The notes under the pieces were generated by a model. That model was not told the origin of the DNA. It made no database searches and saw only the letters and a program-made list of their open reading frames with translations. This document shows positions 32,089 through 43,800 of a DNA stretch of 64,000 nt, in pieces (position 1 is the first letter of the stretch; each line of letters begins with the position of its first letter). Origin of the DNA: Epithemia pelagica (taxonomy: Eukaryota; Protista; Bacillariophyta); assembly GCA_946965045.2 (NCBI GenBank), contig OX337231.1, positions 3,782,001-3,846,000 on the forward strand, given 5' to 3'. The position numbers were made by a program, and so were the translations under genes.

Positions 32089-32996
32089 CGATGAGTGCCG
32101 TGCCAGCAATTAGTCAAGACCCTTTCGTACCAGATGCACGTCCCACCGGATGCATGGAAGTCATCTTCGCTCAGTCGTCTTCGTTCAACATCTGACTTTG
32201 TATAAGCCATTATGCTTTTCGGAAGACGGCTTGAGGTGCAATCCTAGGCTACTCCTAGGTACTCCAATTCGTAAGAGAAACAATAAGGTAGGAGTAGTAG
32301 TCAACGACCTATCCAAACCTCTCTTCTGTCTAAAAGAAGCGATTCATCACAGACCCATGGTCGCTTTTAAAATAGAGGTCGCGGATACTACGTTCCCGGG
32401 AAAACTTTCCAGACGTATAACGACCAAGACTAAATCCTCTGACGTGTCACACGCGACCCTTCAGAGCCCGCACGGTCTCCCAACTCGCGGATTGACGAGA
32501 CATGCAATTGCAACTGGTTTGATCTTGCCAGGTGTCTCCATTGCTGGCATGGCATGTGCGCAGATTCCCTTGACTACCGCATCGGGCTATCAAAAAATTC
32601 TATCGAGAGATATCGGTTGTGTCAGGTCACAAAATTCGAGAAGTAACAGAGGACCGCCGTCCAATCATCCGAAGCTATTGGAACAGAGAAGGACCGTGAG
32701 ATTCATTGCCTTCGCGATTGACAGCAAAACGTGCAGAACGAAGAATCCAATCATTCACTTTGTTTAAGGCCGTGTCACGATCGTCAAACGGTGATTGGTC
32801 CACTTCTCTCCATAAGACACATTGCATCAAACGGCAATCGCCACCGAACAAGAAGGTCCCCAAAAAAGACACACACGGATCGATCATTGATTGATGGGAG
32901 TTGCCACTGGCATTCGGACTGCTCTTCTCAAAAATATTAGACAACAACCGTCTCGTTTTTACCAGCACACCCTCATTGCCATTCAAGCTTGTTACC

Positions 32997-33554
32997 ATGG
33001 GTTGTCAAACATCTCGCCATGGCGCTCTGGTCTACGTGGAAGATAGCATTCATTTGATGATTGCCAAGGAAGAACGACGATTGGCGCAAGAAGGCAAATC
33101 CGCAACCGGGTGTCACTATCGACCTCGCAGTGCCCTCTCCTTGCACACAGCGTCCTCTTCTTCTGCTTCTTTGCCACCAGATGCACTCCAGACCACCCGT
33201 ATTACCGTCACGGAAGAAGACGATGAAGAAGACGAACAACATCACGTGTCTTTGCAGCGCCTCCTGTGCTCACAAAAAGAAGCAGTGGAAGCATCTCGTT
33301 CTTCTCCACTACCGCCACAAACCAATCCGAATTGTCCAATCCTTACTCCCAGCACCTCTACTCGTCATCCAGTCTCACCACCGCCACGACAACAAGACAA
33401 AGAGGAGGAAGATTGGGATCGACTGCGGTATCACACGGCTCATCACAATCACACGGTCGATCCCAAAGACTGGGAATTGGTCAAGCCGGCTCTGCTCGAC
33501 AGTTCGGTAACGACGACTTGCTCCACAGTCAGCAGTACCGTGACTGCCTCGTAA
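32997..33554 (+). CDS. Small protein with an N-terminal MGC myristoylation/palmitoylation motif
   Basis: ATG at 32997 gives MGCQTS..EDSIHLMIAKE..YRPR. G2, C3 and S6 fit the N-myristoyltransferase consensus. Confidence 0.65.
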   Translation: MGCQTSRHGALVYVEDSIHLMIAKEERRLAQEGKSATGCHYRPRSALSLHTASSSSASLPPDALQTTRITVTEEDDEEDEQHHVSLQRLLCSQKEAVEASRSSPLPPQTNPNCPILTPSTSTRHPVSPPPRQQDKEEEDWDRLRYHTAHHNHTVDPKDWELVKPALLDSSVTTTCSTVSSTVTAS

Positions 33555-34703
33555 CGCCCAAACCAAAGTATTCGTACAACAACGATTCACCAGATCCATG
33601 GCACCCCGTCCCCTTGCACATGTGTCTTTTTCTTGCGCGTCAAGGTGTACCGTGCCCCCAGCAATGACACCTCGAAACACGCCTTGTTTACAACACTAAT
33701 TCATAGATAGACTTTTTTGACAACGATAAATCTCTGACAGTTGAATGTTCTCTTGTTGCGTCTTGTACTGCTCCTATAACAACATTCACTGGAGACCACC
33801 TTCTGATAATAGCTATTAGGGTCTCTCTACCGGACGGACGGATGAGTGTCCTGGACCATGAATTCAAACACTTCAGTCCTTCTGTCCGTTCTTGGATAGG
33901 ATCATGAATGCCAAACGGCAAGGACATGACGCAACAGGAGTCTCTCACTCTTTTTCCCATAGAACTCGTTCGGATAGAGTTTGGTGGTAAGATAGCGCCC
34001 CATCTCATACAAAAATCCGCACCCAACACCAACACCAAATCCAAGAACCAAAGAGTCCAATTTTTTTGAGACGACAAAACAAGGATCCTCAGTTTTTTCA
34101 TGCCTGTCTATCGTTTCATGTGTCCTTCGTGTCTGAGGCATACTTCGCCAATCGAGTGCAAACATCCGTTTGGCTTCCACGGTGTTGCAAGTCCATTGAG
34201 CCATTTGGTCCTCTAGGTTTGTAGTAGTCTTTTGGGATTCCGACTCGTTGTTTGTGACAAGCCCAACGGCTGCGTTTGGTGCGGCTTTGTTCCAGAGGCC
34301 CACGCCCTCCAGAGTTTGGAGTCCGCCAGCAGCGAACGGCGAGTCACCATGGTGTTTTCCCTGTTGGAATTCGAGTCATGTGCGCGTTCCGACAACGGAC
34401 ACCCTTTTCCACACAACACAATTACTCGTAGTCGTGTCTCTCTTTTGGATCCAAGTTTCCAGTCGCGTGGGTCGCCACGTGAAACTGTCTCCCACGTGTG
34501 CGTGTACATTCCTCAGGGTCGCATCAAAACGTCGTGGATCCGAGCTTTTCCAAACCCTTCACTATTGAAGGTAGGTGTATGTCTTGGAGATGCCATGTAC
34601 TCCACACTCCACAAGTTCCTCTCCTTGTGATAATGATGCAGAATCGCCTGTTTCGCTCTCAAAACAACTACCAAGACACTCGTACTGGTTCGTCTTTTGG
34701 CAG

Positions 34704-34940
34704 GTTTCGAACCACACCGACAAGACTCCCGTCCTTGATCATCCTGGAGAAAGATGTGGATTTGGGTATCCAAACGTCAAGAACTGGACGAACGATGAAA
34801 GCTGGATCAACGACAGAATGCCTCGATGGAAAGCCGCTTGGCTGTTCTTTCAAAAGGTCCTACAGACCATGCGAGACAAAACGAGCCGCCATTTGTGCGC
34901 GGAGGAGGAGAAACACCAAGGATCATGCAACTCTCTCTAA
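34704..34940 (+). CDS. Possible terminal exon of an unresolved spliced gene
   Basis: Protein-like stretch GYPNVKNWTNDESWINDRMPRWKAAWLFFQKVLQ follows TTTTGGCAG| at 34703. A candidate donor GTAGGT lies at 34571 in phase 0. Upstream exons not resolved. Confidence 0.3.
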   Translation, partial: VSNHTDKTPVLDHPGERCGFGYPNVKNWTNDESWINDRMPRWKAAWLFFQKVLQTMRDKTSRHLCAEEEKHQGSCNSL

Positions 34941-35493
34941 AGGACCGTCGCGTGGAACTCGAGATGCTTCTTGTTATTTGGAGAATCTCATGGTGGATGG
35001 AGAGGTGTGTGTGTGCGAATGGAGCAACTCCCCCGGGGCGAGCGTGGATGAGACTCATCTTCCAACGCGGGCTAATCTTACTTAGAAACTAATCGCCTTT
35101 CTCGTAAGGCGCGCGCTTCAATGATCTATGGAAGCGCGCGTGCCTCTCTATGGGATATGCGTTGAAAATAGGAGTATTTGGCTCCTCCACGTGGGATCGT
35201 GACGGGGCGTGTCCCACGTTCTTTGGGGAAGTTTTGTCCCGAAGTCAGTCATTGTACACGGAGATTATGACCATGGATCTTGGTCTTGGGGCGCGAGGCG
35301 GACATCCTGGCGTTGCTTGGGTGTAATTGGTTGTGACCCTCTCCTCTCTTTTGTTGTCTTTTCAACGGCACTCTTCCCACAAAACTGGAGTGTTTCAGCC
35401 GTTGGCTTCGCGCACCACACAACCACAAACAGAACCACCGTTCTCTTGCTTGTTCTACTTGTTTCCGACAACAACAACAACAACACCCTTACA

Positions 35494-36725
35494 ATGGTGC
35501 GTGTCAATCGAGTGGCGCTCTTTCCTGATGAATCGTTTTGGGTTTGATTTGTGGTATTTTCGAGACTTTTTTCTACCAGCGCATTCCTCGTCGTCGGCGG
35601 CTTCCAATGTGGGGGATGATCCATCTACCGACGGACGAGCGGTGCACGTTCGCAGGATGGATGGACGTGTCCTTAGAGACGTGGACCTTTTTCGTGGAGG
35701 ATGTCGATGTTATGTATCGTTTCCCCGTGGCGTTTTATTTCTCCATTCTGGATCCATATCCTGCACAGTCATTGTCGCTTGGATTCCAAATGACCCATCA
35801 TCCGGCAAATGGGGGCCATGACTCTTGGTGTGATGGCTGTGAAAGGGTTTCTTCGTGGGGCTCCAGTGTCTGGGGACGATGGACAATGACACTGAGAAAG
35901 GATTGGGGGTGCATGTCGTCGTCGTTGTTGGGTCATTGTGGTGGTTCCGAACCACAATGACTCTTGGGCGATGAACCCTTGGAGTATAGCCATGTAGGGT
36001 CTGCCATGAAGGGTCGAGGATTCCTTCGTGCATTGTCATTCGATTGTCAATTCGTTCGTTTGGTGATTTGTTCGTCGTGTTGTTCCTTTGGTTCGTTTGG
36101 TGATTTGTTCGTCGTGGATGAGAGCGATTGTTGATTCGCATTTGGATTCAAAGCATGTTCTCTTTCCCCCCTTTTGTGTTGCCCAGTCTTCTCACTCAGC
36201 TTTGTTCTCTCCTTCTTTCTATACTCTTTTGTTTAATTGATGATTGCCGTCGAAATTACGAAACGAAATTGACATGTCCTCTCTTGATCTTACATTCGTT
36301 AGTCTACTGGAGTGACTGTTCACGACGATATTTCGGCCACCTTCAACGAATTCAAGTTGGGCCAAGGCGTCAAGCGCCGCTACATTTTGTACACCATCAA
36401 GGACAAGAAACAAATTGTCATTGAAAGTGAAGGCGAACGCTCCAAAACCTACGACGACTTTTGCGCCGATTTGCCCGATGACGATTGCCGTTATGCCTTG
36501 ATTGATTTGGAATTCACCACGACCGATGGCCGACCCACCTCCAAACTTGTCCTCATTACCTGGGTCCCCGATACCGCCTCGATCCGAAATAAAATGTTGT
36601 TTTCCGGAAGCAAGGAAGCCTTGAAAACCGCCTTGAACGGTGTCGGCATTCACCTCAACTGCACCGACCGCTCCGAAATAGACTTTGAAACTTCGGTCTT
36701 GCCGCAAGTGCGAAAGTTTTGTTAA
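35494..36725 (+). CDS. ADF/cofilin: Actin-depolymerising factor/cofilin; join(35494-35496, 36303-36725)
   Basis: (M)STGVTVHDD..FNEFK..RYILYTIKD..DDCRYALIDLEF..KLVLITWVPDTASIRNKMLFSGSKEALK. ATG|GTGCGT donor at 35497, TTGAC branch-like site, TTAG| acceptor ending at 36302. Confidence 0.9.
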
Positions 36726-37896
36726 ACAGAACCGGCGGTTGCTCCTGGCGTGACAAGGCTGGACTGTGGTTTCCAAAACCCCTTGGTCCATTGGAATACC
36801 ATCACTGCCAGCCTTTCTCTTTGCTCTAGGTAGTCTCTAGCATCACACATCACTTCTTGCACTACTACATTTACTACTATACTAATCTGAAATTGATCCT
36901 TATTGTGTATTTTTGTTGCGTTGCGTTTGTAGCGTCTTTTGGAGGAGGGATGACACGGTTTTTTGCGCCATAGTTGGTTGCGAGAGCCACAAGGCCACCA
37001 TAGGAGAGGGTAGACCACTTTTATTGATGGACACGCGGTGTGCCAAAATTTTTCACCCGAGAACAAAACCCTCTAGACGCCATACATACTAGGGGAGACC
37101 CTGGTTGTGGTGCGACGGGGCATGTTTCCGCGAGTCTCCACACACTCGAGAGGAGGACTGCTGTTTGGTTCCAGAAGAGGAGGAGGAGAGGAGGAATGGT
37201 CCAGCCACAGGCACAAACCATGGCTAATACCTAGATACTTTCATGTATGTTGCCATCTCAACAGTACAAGTACTCGTATCTGCAAGAGACAAGAGACGAA
37301 AGACTCCTCCATTTTGTAATAAGAAGGGGATCGGGGATTCTCCATCTTGGGTCTTCCAAAACTCCCACAGCTCACTTCTCTAGCGAACGCAAGGCGTAGA
37401 CGTAGAGGGGGTAGTCCAGTGGAATCCCGCATGATTTACGTGGACAGAGGGCCAGACTGACCTAGGTAGATCTTCTCCCAAAGAATCGGAAGAAACCAGA
37501 TCTCGCAACACAACAGAATCCACCACACCCAACTCTTCAAACCAAACAAAGAAGAAGGCTGTCATTGCGCATGCCTACACGAGAGAGTTCCACTACACAG
37601 AGGCAGTGAGCAAAGCACAAGCATCCCGAGAGAGATCCCAACCAGAACGAACCAAAACGAGAGAGGCTGCTGCTGTTGCTGCTCGTCGTCGTCGTCTTCG
37701 TCGAACACAACCATCGAGAATTGCGCGACAACGAAGAACCCTCCAAACCACTAATCGACGGCGCCCGAATCATCATTACACAAAAAACAACGGACCACAA
37801 CTACCGAACCACAACGGCAGAGAGTGTGATCGAGATTTGTGGTTGCAGTTTCTATTTTACATATATATATACACACACAAGAGGAAAAGTACTAGG

Positions 37897-39051
37897 ATGG
37901 TCCAACGATTCCAGTCGGTGCCACATCATGCTACTACTTCTGCTGGACGGCGAATTGGTTTTGTGAGGAGTAATGGTTGGTGGTTGCGGCCCTGGTGGGT
38001 CGCATTTCTCGTGGCGGTGGTTGTCGTGTGGTACCAGAGTGACCCTTCGGTTTTCCGAACCCTCCTTGTGGCAAATGCCTTTGTGATTCCCATGGTCCCT
38101 GCTGCTTTTCACACTACTACTAGACGAATCCAACCTCCGTTCCTCCCAATCCCCGTCAACAACAACAAGGCGACGACAAGGCACCATCTGCAGTCTCGAG
38201 CACGGGAAGGAAAAACAAGGACTCGGACCGCACTGCGGCGTCCGAACCACGACGACGACAATGATGATAGTACTGTGGAGGAATCCGCACAAAGTTCCAT
38301 GCCTCTCTTGTTACCAGCCTCCAGTGGTCTTGCGTCTTATTTGGAACGAGCCACGGACAATGGTTCTGCCGTCTCCACAACCATGGCCACCAAACCCACC
38401 AATTCCTCCTCCTCCTTGTTTTCGTCGTCGTCCTTTTTGGATTTTTTGTTTCCTCCCAACTATACCTCCTCCACCGTGTCGTCGTCCAGGAACCACAACG
38501 ACAATAACGACACCCATCACATCTTGGTCAGTCCCTCCCATGTGACATTGCGCAAATTGCAATTGCAATTCACCTGCAACATTTGTGGATGCCGCAATTG
38601 TCATGCCATTTCACGATCGGCCTATCAAACGGGTGTCGTCATTGTCACGTGTCAAAATACCACTTGTGCCGTCCAACATTTGATTGCCGATCATTTGGGA
38701 TTTACCAATTTGGTTGGAAGCAGTAGCAATCGCCAAAACGAAGAACAAGAAGGACGAGATTCCAGGAACCATCATCCCCCAAACAACAACAACAACAAGG
38801 ACGATCCACATTCACACACCGTCGCTAGAGCAGGAGGAGGAAACATTGAAGACTTTTTGCTGGCCAAGGAGGATCACCACCACGACAGTGCCAAGACGAA
38901 TTTGGCAGGACACGATACGACTACCACGACCCATTCTCCGGTCCAACGCGTTTCGCGTCAAGTGTTTGAGTTGGAACAAGCCTTTTACAATTCCACAACA
39001 GATCAGGATCCTTCCTCTTGCAGGAATGAGACTCCGAACCAGTATGAGTAG
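37897..39051 (+). CDS. DNL-type zinc-finger protein (Zim17/Hep-like Hsp70 escort), probably plastid-targeted
   Basis: LQLQFTCNICGCRN..ISRSAYQTGVVIVTC..C..HLIADHLG. The N-terminal hydrophobic stretch ends in VANA|F, an ASAFAP-like motif. Confidence 0.8.
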   Translation: MVQRFQSVPHHATTSAGRRIGFVRSNGWWLRPWWVAFLVAVVVVWYQSDPSVFRTLLVANAFVIPMVPAAFHTTTRRIQPPFLPIPVNNNKATTRHHLQSRAREGKTRTRTALRRPNHDDDNDDSTVEESAQSSMPLLLPASSGLASYLERATDNGSAVSTTMATKPTNSSSSLFSSSSFLDFLFPPNYTSSTVSSSRNHNDNNDTHHILVSPSHVTLRKLQLQFTCNICGCRNCHAISRSAYQTGVVIVTCQNTTCAVQHLIADHLGFTNLVGSSSNRQNEEQEGRDSRNHHPPNNNNNKDDPHSHTVARAGGGNIEDFLLAKEDHHHDSAKTNLAGHDTTTTTHSPVQRVSRQVFELEQAFYNSTTDQDPSSCRNETPNQYE

Positions 39052-40081
39052 AAGATCACGAGCGATCGAATCATGATCCAGGTGCGATTCTATACTCGAG
39101 ACCCAATAAGAATACGTCCCAACGATTAGGAACACAAGAACCAACAACCATCAAGGCACGGCAAGTGCTGTCCATCTGCTCCAGTGGTATGCTGCACCCA
39201 CGAAAACGAGAAGATTCGTGGCGCAAATGGGGGGAATCCCAACAAAATTAATGTTTCAGCTTCCAGCAGCACGAATACGCCATATATCCAAAGCTCAAAC
39301 GCATAGAGTAATGAATTATTATTTACATTATTTCGCGTTTCCATACGATTTGTAAATCGTGGCTTGGGGCCTGGGGAATCTGGTCGTTTGGTCCCTTTTC
39401 AGCTTTCATGATCAGAAGAGGCAAGCTGCGCCCAGATGAATTGCAACTACCCAACCATAGCCCTCTTGCCTGGGTATGATGTATAGGTATGAGATAGCCG
39501 AATTCAAAATTCAAAATTCAGTAATAGCTGAAAAAGTTCTGGGCTTAGGCCGTTCCGACAGCACGACAAAACCAATCTGAAACGTGACGTATTGGCAAAT
39601 TTTCGAATTTGGCCTGTTTTCGTATCCTCGAGCACAACCAAAATCAAAACGAGAGACCGCGCTTGGGTCCCCAACACTCCCCAAACGTACTTTGTGGAAT
39701 TGAATACCAAAGTATTCGAAAGTCGGACTTCTTCATTAGGGATTTGGGGGGGGGGACCGCTGGAGTCGAACGCGCGCCGCTGAAGTCCAGAACGCCTGGC
39801 GGAAGTTTCTGTATGCCACATGTACACTAGGTAGACTATCTCTAATGTAATTTCAGGATTTGTCGGGCTACAAATCCTGAGCTCTGGATTTGTCGGAATG
39901 GAGGACAAAAACTGTGAAGTGAAATATGACGTCAAGATGATGTAAAATGATGACGTGTCACGTTTTCGGATTGGTTTTGTTCTGCTGTCGGAACAGCCTT
40001 AGGGTTTGAGGTTTGAGGCGTGAGCTGTGAGCTTTCTCCGTGACCCGTGACCCGTGACCCCTGTAGCTGGAGGGCTAAGGC

Positions 40082-41008
40082 TAGAGCTGGGTCAAGCGTC
40101 AAGCGCTCAAGCGCTCAAGCGCTTGACTTCTCAAGCGCTTGAGGAGCTCCAGCACAGAAAGGGTGTTGCTTGAGAGCTCAAGCGCTCAAGCACCTAGACT
40201 AGAGGAAAGTGCCAAAACGCAGCAAACCATCATTCGTCTGCCTCTAACAGCCTTTCTACAATGCCTGAGACATCTATTGATGATCACAATGAGTCATCAT
40301 ACCATCCAGATGATGAAAATTATGAGCAAGTGGCTGAAGAGGGCCCAACAGATGACAATGATGATAGTGAGAAGAATAAATTGTCATCCATGGAAAAAGA
40401 ATACATAAGGCCTCCTACTATTGCCATTCACAAAGGCAAGGAAATATGTGTTACAAAGATATCTCAAGATGCTGCTGATGGAGTTTGCGTCCCATTATTG
40501 GACAGGAAAACTGTTCATTGGCATTTGTACCATGTTGGAGTGAGAAAAAAATGGACGAAGTCTCTGACAAGCCTACTACACAACCTCCGCTAGCTAGACT
40601 CTAACAATTGAAAAGAGGAACGACTCATCATTGGACAAGAATCTCTCCACAACTTCCCACTACGAGCTCTTCGTCTGTGCCCAGCAACGAACTAAGCTCA
40701 CGCAATCAGAAGGCATTATTCTTGCAAGAAGAAGCTACTCCACGAGATCGCACAAAGACAACGGAATGAGAAGTATCTTTTAAGAGTAACTTCGAAATAG
40801 ATTTTCCATCACCTATCATGTACACAATAGATAGTATGACAAGTTACCATTTCACTAGAGATGCTATGATGAGTCTATTGCCATAGTTTCCCGTGTTAGC
40901 CCTGTTTGCTGCCGCTTGAGCGCTTGAGCGCTTGAATTTGGTCCTAGCTCAAGCGCTCAAGCGCTTGAGTTCTCCAGCAGAAAAAAGCTGTTGCTTGACA
41001 CAGCTCTA
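40082..41008. mobile_element. Non-autonomous hAT-superfamily DNA transposon (927 bp)
   Basis: 16-bp TIR TAGAGCTG(G/T)GTCAAGC, perfect 8-bp TSD GCTAAGGC (40074-40081 and 41009-41016), and subterminal arrays of TCAAGCGC / TCAAGCGCTTGA at both ends. Confidence 0.92.
40261..40593 (+). pseudogene. Short ORF inside the hAT element, possibly a transposase N-terminal remnant
   Basis: 110-aa acidic ORF located between the TIRs. No DDE or hAT dimerisation motif recognised. Confidence 0.3.
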
Positions 41009-42750
41009 GCTAAGGCCTACTTACTTATTGTTCTTCAACAGACGCAATCAAATTCACCATTCCAGTGACACGTGACATAATACGATCTGGTTCATTGGAC
41101 AGTCAGAAGGCCGACGAATCCCTTTCCACTTTTTCAGCTCGTGAAAGTCGAAAGTCAAGCAGTCATAGATACTATTCGTTTAATAAATTATATTATCAAG
41201 AGACCTCATGAAAAAACCAAACACTATACACTATAGACGACCAAGGGTAGGTTGGAAGATGGGAATGATCGAGAGCAATCTTCTCCAACTCTCATAGACC
41301 AATTCCAACAACATTTCATGGAAGTAGCCTAAAACTGTTTTCTCTCGCCTCTGAGTATTGGATAGCTATGTCCTCTATCCTCTTGTGACTCTTACTCTTT
41401 ATCTTTTCCGACCAACGAACAACGGGACTAGAGTTTTGCCGTTGGGCGCCCCCTCATTCGAGAACCTCGATGCTGCTCTCATCTTTGTCGGTATTCAGCT
41501 CCTGGCTGAAGAAGTTCTGAGCTTTGTGGAAAGCGAGTTTTTCATTGGCTTTACGCAAAACAAGAACTCCTTTCAAGACAAGAAGGATACGGAATCGAAG
41601 TATGGTCGTCCTGTCCAAAGTCAAGGTGTCAGCCTAAACTATGGGGGTGATGCCGAGATTTTAGGGGCATATACTTCTCTAGTATGGGGTGGGATCACGG
41701 GGCACTCCAAAACTGAGATAAACATCCCTTTCAAATTTTAAACATAAAGGGGGAATGGGAATATATCAACCCCCTCTGTTTCGTTATTTGCATGGGGGAA
41801 TAGCTGTATCCAAAGACTTATACTGGCGCAATCTAAACAAGATGAACTAAGCTCTTGGTCCCGTAGAGTGTAGAGTGCGCTCCCGGGGAGTAGGATATAG
41901 TACTCTCTATAGGATAGAAGAAAGAGCTGAACTACAGCGTCTTATGTCAAAACTAAGCGGTAGATAAGGTCAACCAGCAAACTCAAGACGCAAGATTGTG
42001 TCCAATTGTCCAATAGCCAAGAGGGATGAGAAAGCTCAGACGAAAATTATGTTAAATAATAGGACCAGAGATCAATCTAATATCAAAAAGCAAATAATAA
42101 TACCACGTCGGAGGTCGGAGGGCCAACCTACTGAGTTCGATAAGAGAAGGTGAGCTAAAATCTAAAATCAGGATTTATGGAGGGTAGGAAGATTCTCTCT
42201 GCCTAATCCAAAGGTTTTTATGGTGTACCATAGCTGCCTTTATGTCCGATAAACCCCAAGCGGGAGATTAAGTGCAGGTTGCTCTAGATTCATGGTGTGC
42301 ATTCTGTTACTTACAACACTGCCATTCACGAGCACGACTCAAAAAAGCCGCTAGGGGGTACTGTCCGCTAGCCGCTTAGAGTATATTGATTATTCATTAT
42401 CCATTGAAGTATCCCGTATTCATAGGAGGCCCTAAGCAATCGTGCCGGAAACCAATAAGAGCTGTACTGTGTATTCTAGGGATAGTCAGTGTATTCATAT
42501 CAATATGCAGAGTCAGTCGGTGTTCTGTGAATGAATATCCGAAAAACGTACAGAGATGAGAGAGATGCTGTCGCTCGGTGGCAACCATTTGGAGGGACCG
42601 AACGAATCTCTCGCCCACAACCATCGATACCTCTATTGGCGGCTTGTGGCAACTCATGCACGCATATTGCACCCAACCACACACCCAGGGCAACCATAAT
42701 TTTGTGAGAGTCGAATCATCTTCCGTGCGAAAATCATAAAAAGAATCCAG

Positions 42751-43800
42751 ATGAGTTCCACAACAGCAGCTTGCTTGTCTCACGCTTGCATCGATGCAAG
42801 CGCTCTAAACAACATGGCCATTGCCATGCTTGTCAAGGGACAGTACCAGTGTGCGATCCGAACCTTTCAAGACTCGTTGGCCATTCTCAAGGCCGTATGT
42901 GGTACACCTCCCACCAATTCTTGTTTGTTGCCATCTTCTCTCACTGTGCTTCGTCAAACCAAGGTGAGGGCCGCGGCCACCTTTCTTTCTCACATGTCCC
43001 GAAAATCCCACAAGCAGCAGCAAACGCCGTCGTCGTCGGTGTTTGTCGTGATGGAAAGCAACGATACATGCAATTTGTTTCACCAAGCCACAAGATTCGC
43101 CGTCGAGTCCCAGAACAAGAGCCTCGAAGACAAGCAAGATTCATCGTCGATGCAAACAATCTTTCCGCTCGTATTGATTCGCGACACTTGCGCGCTCGAT
43201 GCCAAGGCCACGGGAGAACTGGAATCGGGGGTTATTCTCTACAACTACGCCGTGGCCTGTTTGTTTGTGGCATCGATCCAATCGCCGCAGCAACGTGCGG
43301 AACTGTCCAGCAGCAGTGTCACCATTGGATCTCCGAGTCGTAACAAGCGCCCTCGCTGCATGATGGATGACACCATGGTTCCAGAGTCTAGCTGTGCTAC
43401 TACTACCACTACTACCCCGACTACCAGTCCCCGCCCCACCAAGAAAATGGCTCTCAGTCTCATGATGCTTGCGCACGCGGCCTTTTCCCGACTGGTTCTG
43501 CGCATGCAAGCCTGTATCGAACAACAAGAACAAGCTTGTGTGGATGGTGGTGAATGCTTGATTTCCCAGCAACTCGTTGTCTCTCTCTTTTCGCTCTTGA
43601 GTTTGTCCGTCGCTTCTCACATGGCCTCGGACGAACCACAACAAGACGATCCTAAACGAGTGGAGATGGAGCAGACACTCGTCTACTTGTTGGAACAGGT
43701 CCAGGGTCTGGACTTTTTGTTTGCACAGGACCCGAGATCAGCACCCGACCATCGAACCAAGGAACGGTCCTTGTGCCACAGTTCGGCGCCGGCTGCCTAA
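42751..43800 (+). CDS. TPR-like helical protein of the 'ALNN..G..A..F.D.L / ESG.LYNY' family, copy 1
   Basis: ASALNNMAIAMLVKGQYQCAIRTFQDSLAIL, PLVLIRD, LESGVILYNYAVACL. Confidence 0.75.
   Translation: MSSTTAACLSHACIDASALNNMAIAMLVKGQYQCAIRTFQDSLAILKAVCGTPPTNSCLLPSSLTVLRQTKVRAAATFLSHMSRKSHKQQQTPSSSVFVVMESNDTCNLFHQATRFAVESQNKSLEDKQDSSSMQTIFPLVLIRDTCALDAKATGELESGVILYNYAVACLFVASIQSPQQRAELSSSSVTIGSPSRNKRPRCMMDDTMVPESSCATTTTTTPTTSPRPTKKMALSLMMLAHAAFSRLVLRMQACIEQQEQACVDGGECLISQQLVVSLFSLLSLSVASHMASDEPQQDDPKRVEMEQTLVYLLEQVQGLDFLFAQDPRSAPDHRTKERSLCHSSAPAA

Noticed and set aside
32150-32767. 205-aa ORF
   Set aside because: No motif, signal or homologue in the window, and the composition is unremarkable.
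34213-34773. Long minus-strand frame with one internal TGA (possible pseudogene)
   Set aside because: No family recognised, and it conflicts with a more coding-like plus-strand stretch at 34704-34940. Left unresolved.
14026-37896. N-terminal extensions given by the ORF track (14026, 17649, 24243, 28371, 32901, 37606)
   Set aside because: They lie upstream of better starts that expose signal peptides or the MGC motif, and most use non-ATG codons. They are treated as 5' UTR, or as unresolved in the case of 28371.
39740-39810. tRNA/SINE-like B-box GTTCGACTCC on the minus strand
   Set aside because: The T-stem does not pair, and no acceptor stem, D arm or convincing anticodon arm could be folded.
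41358-41741. 127-aa ORF right of the hAT element
   Set aside because: No recognisable motif, and it lies in a non-genic-looking block.
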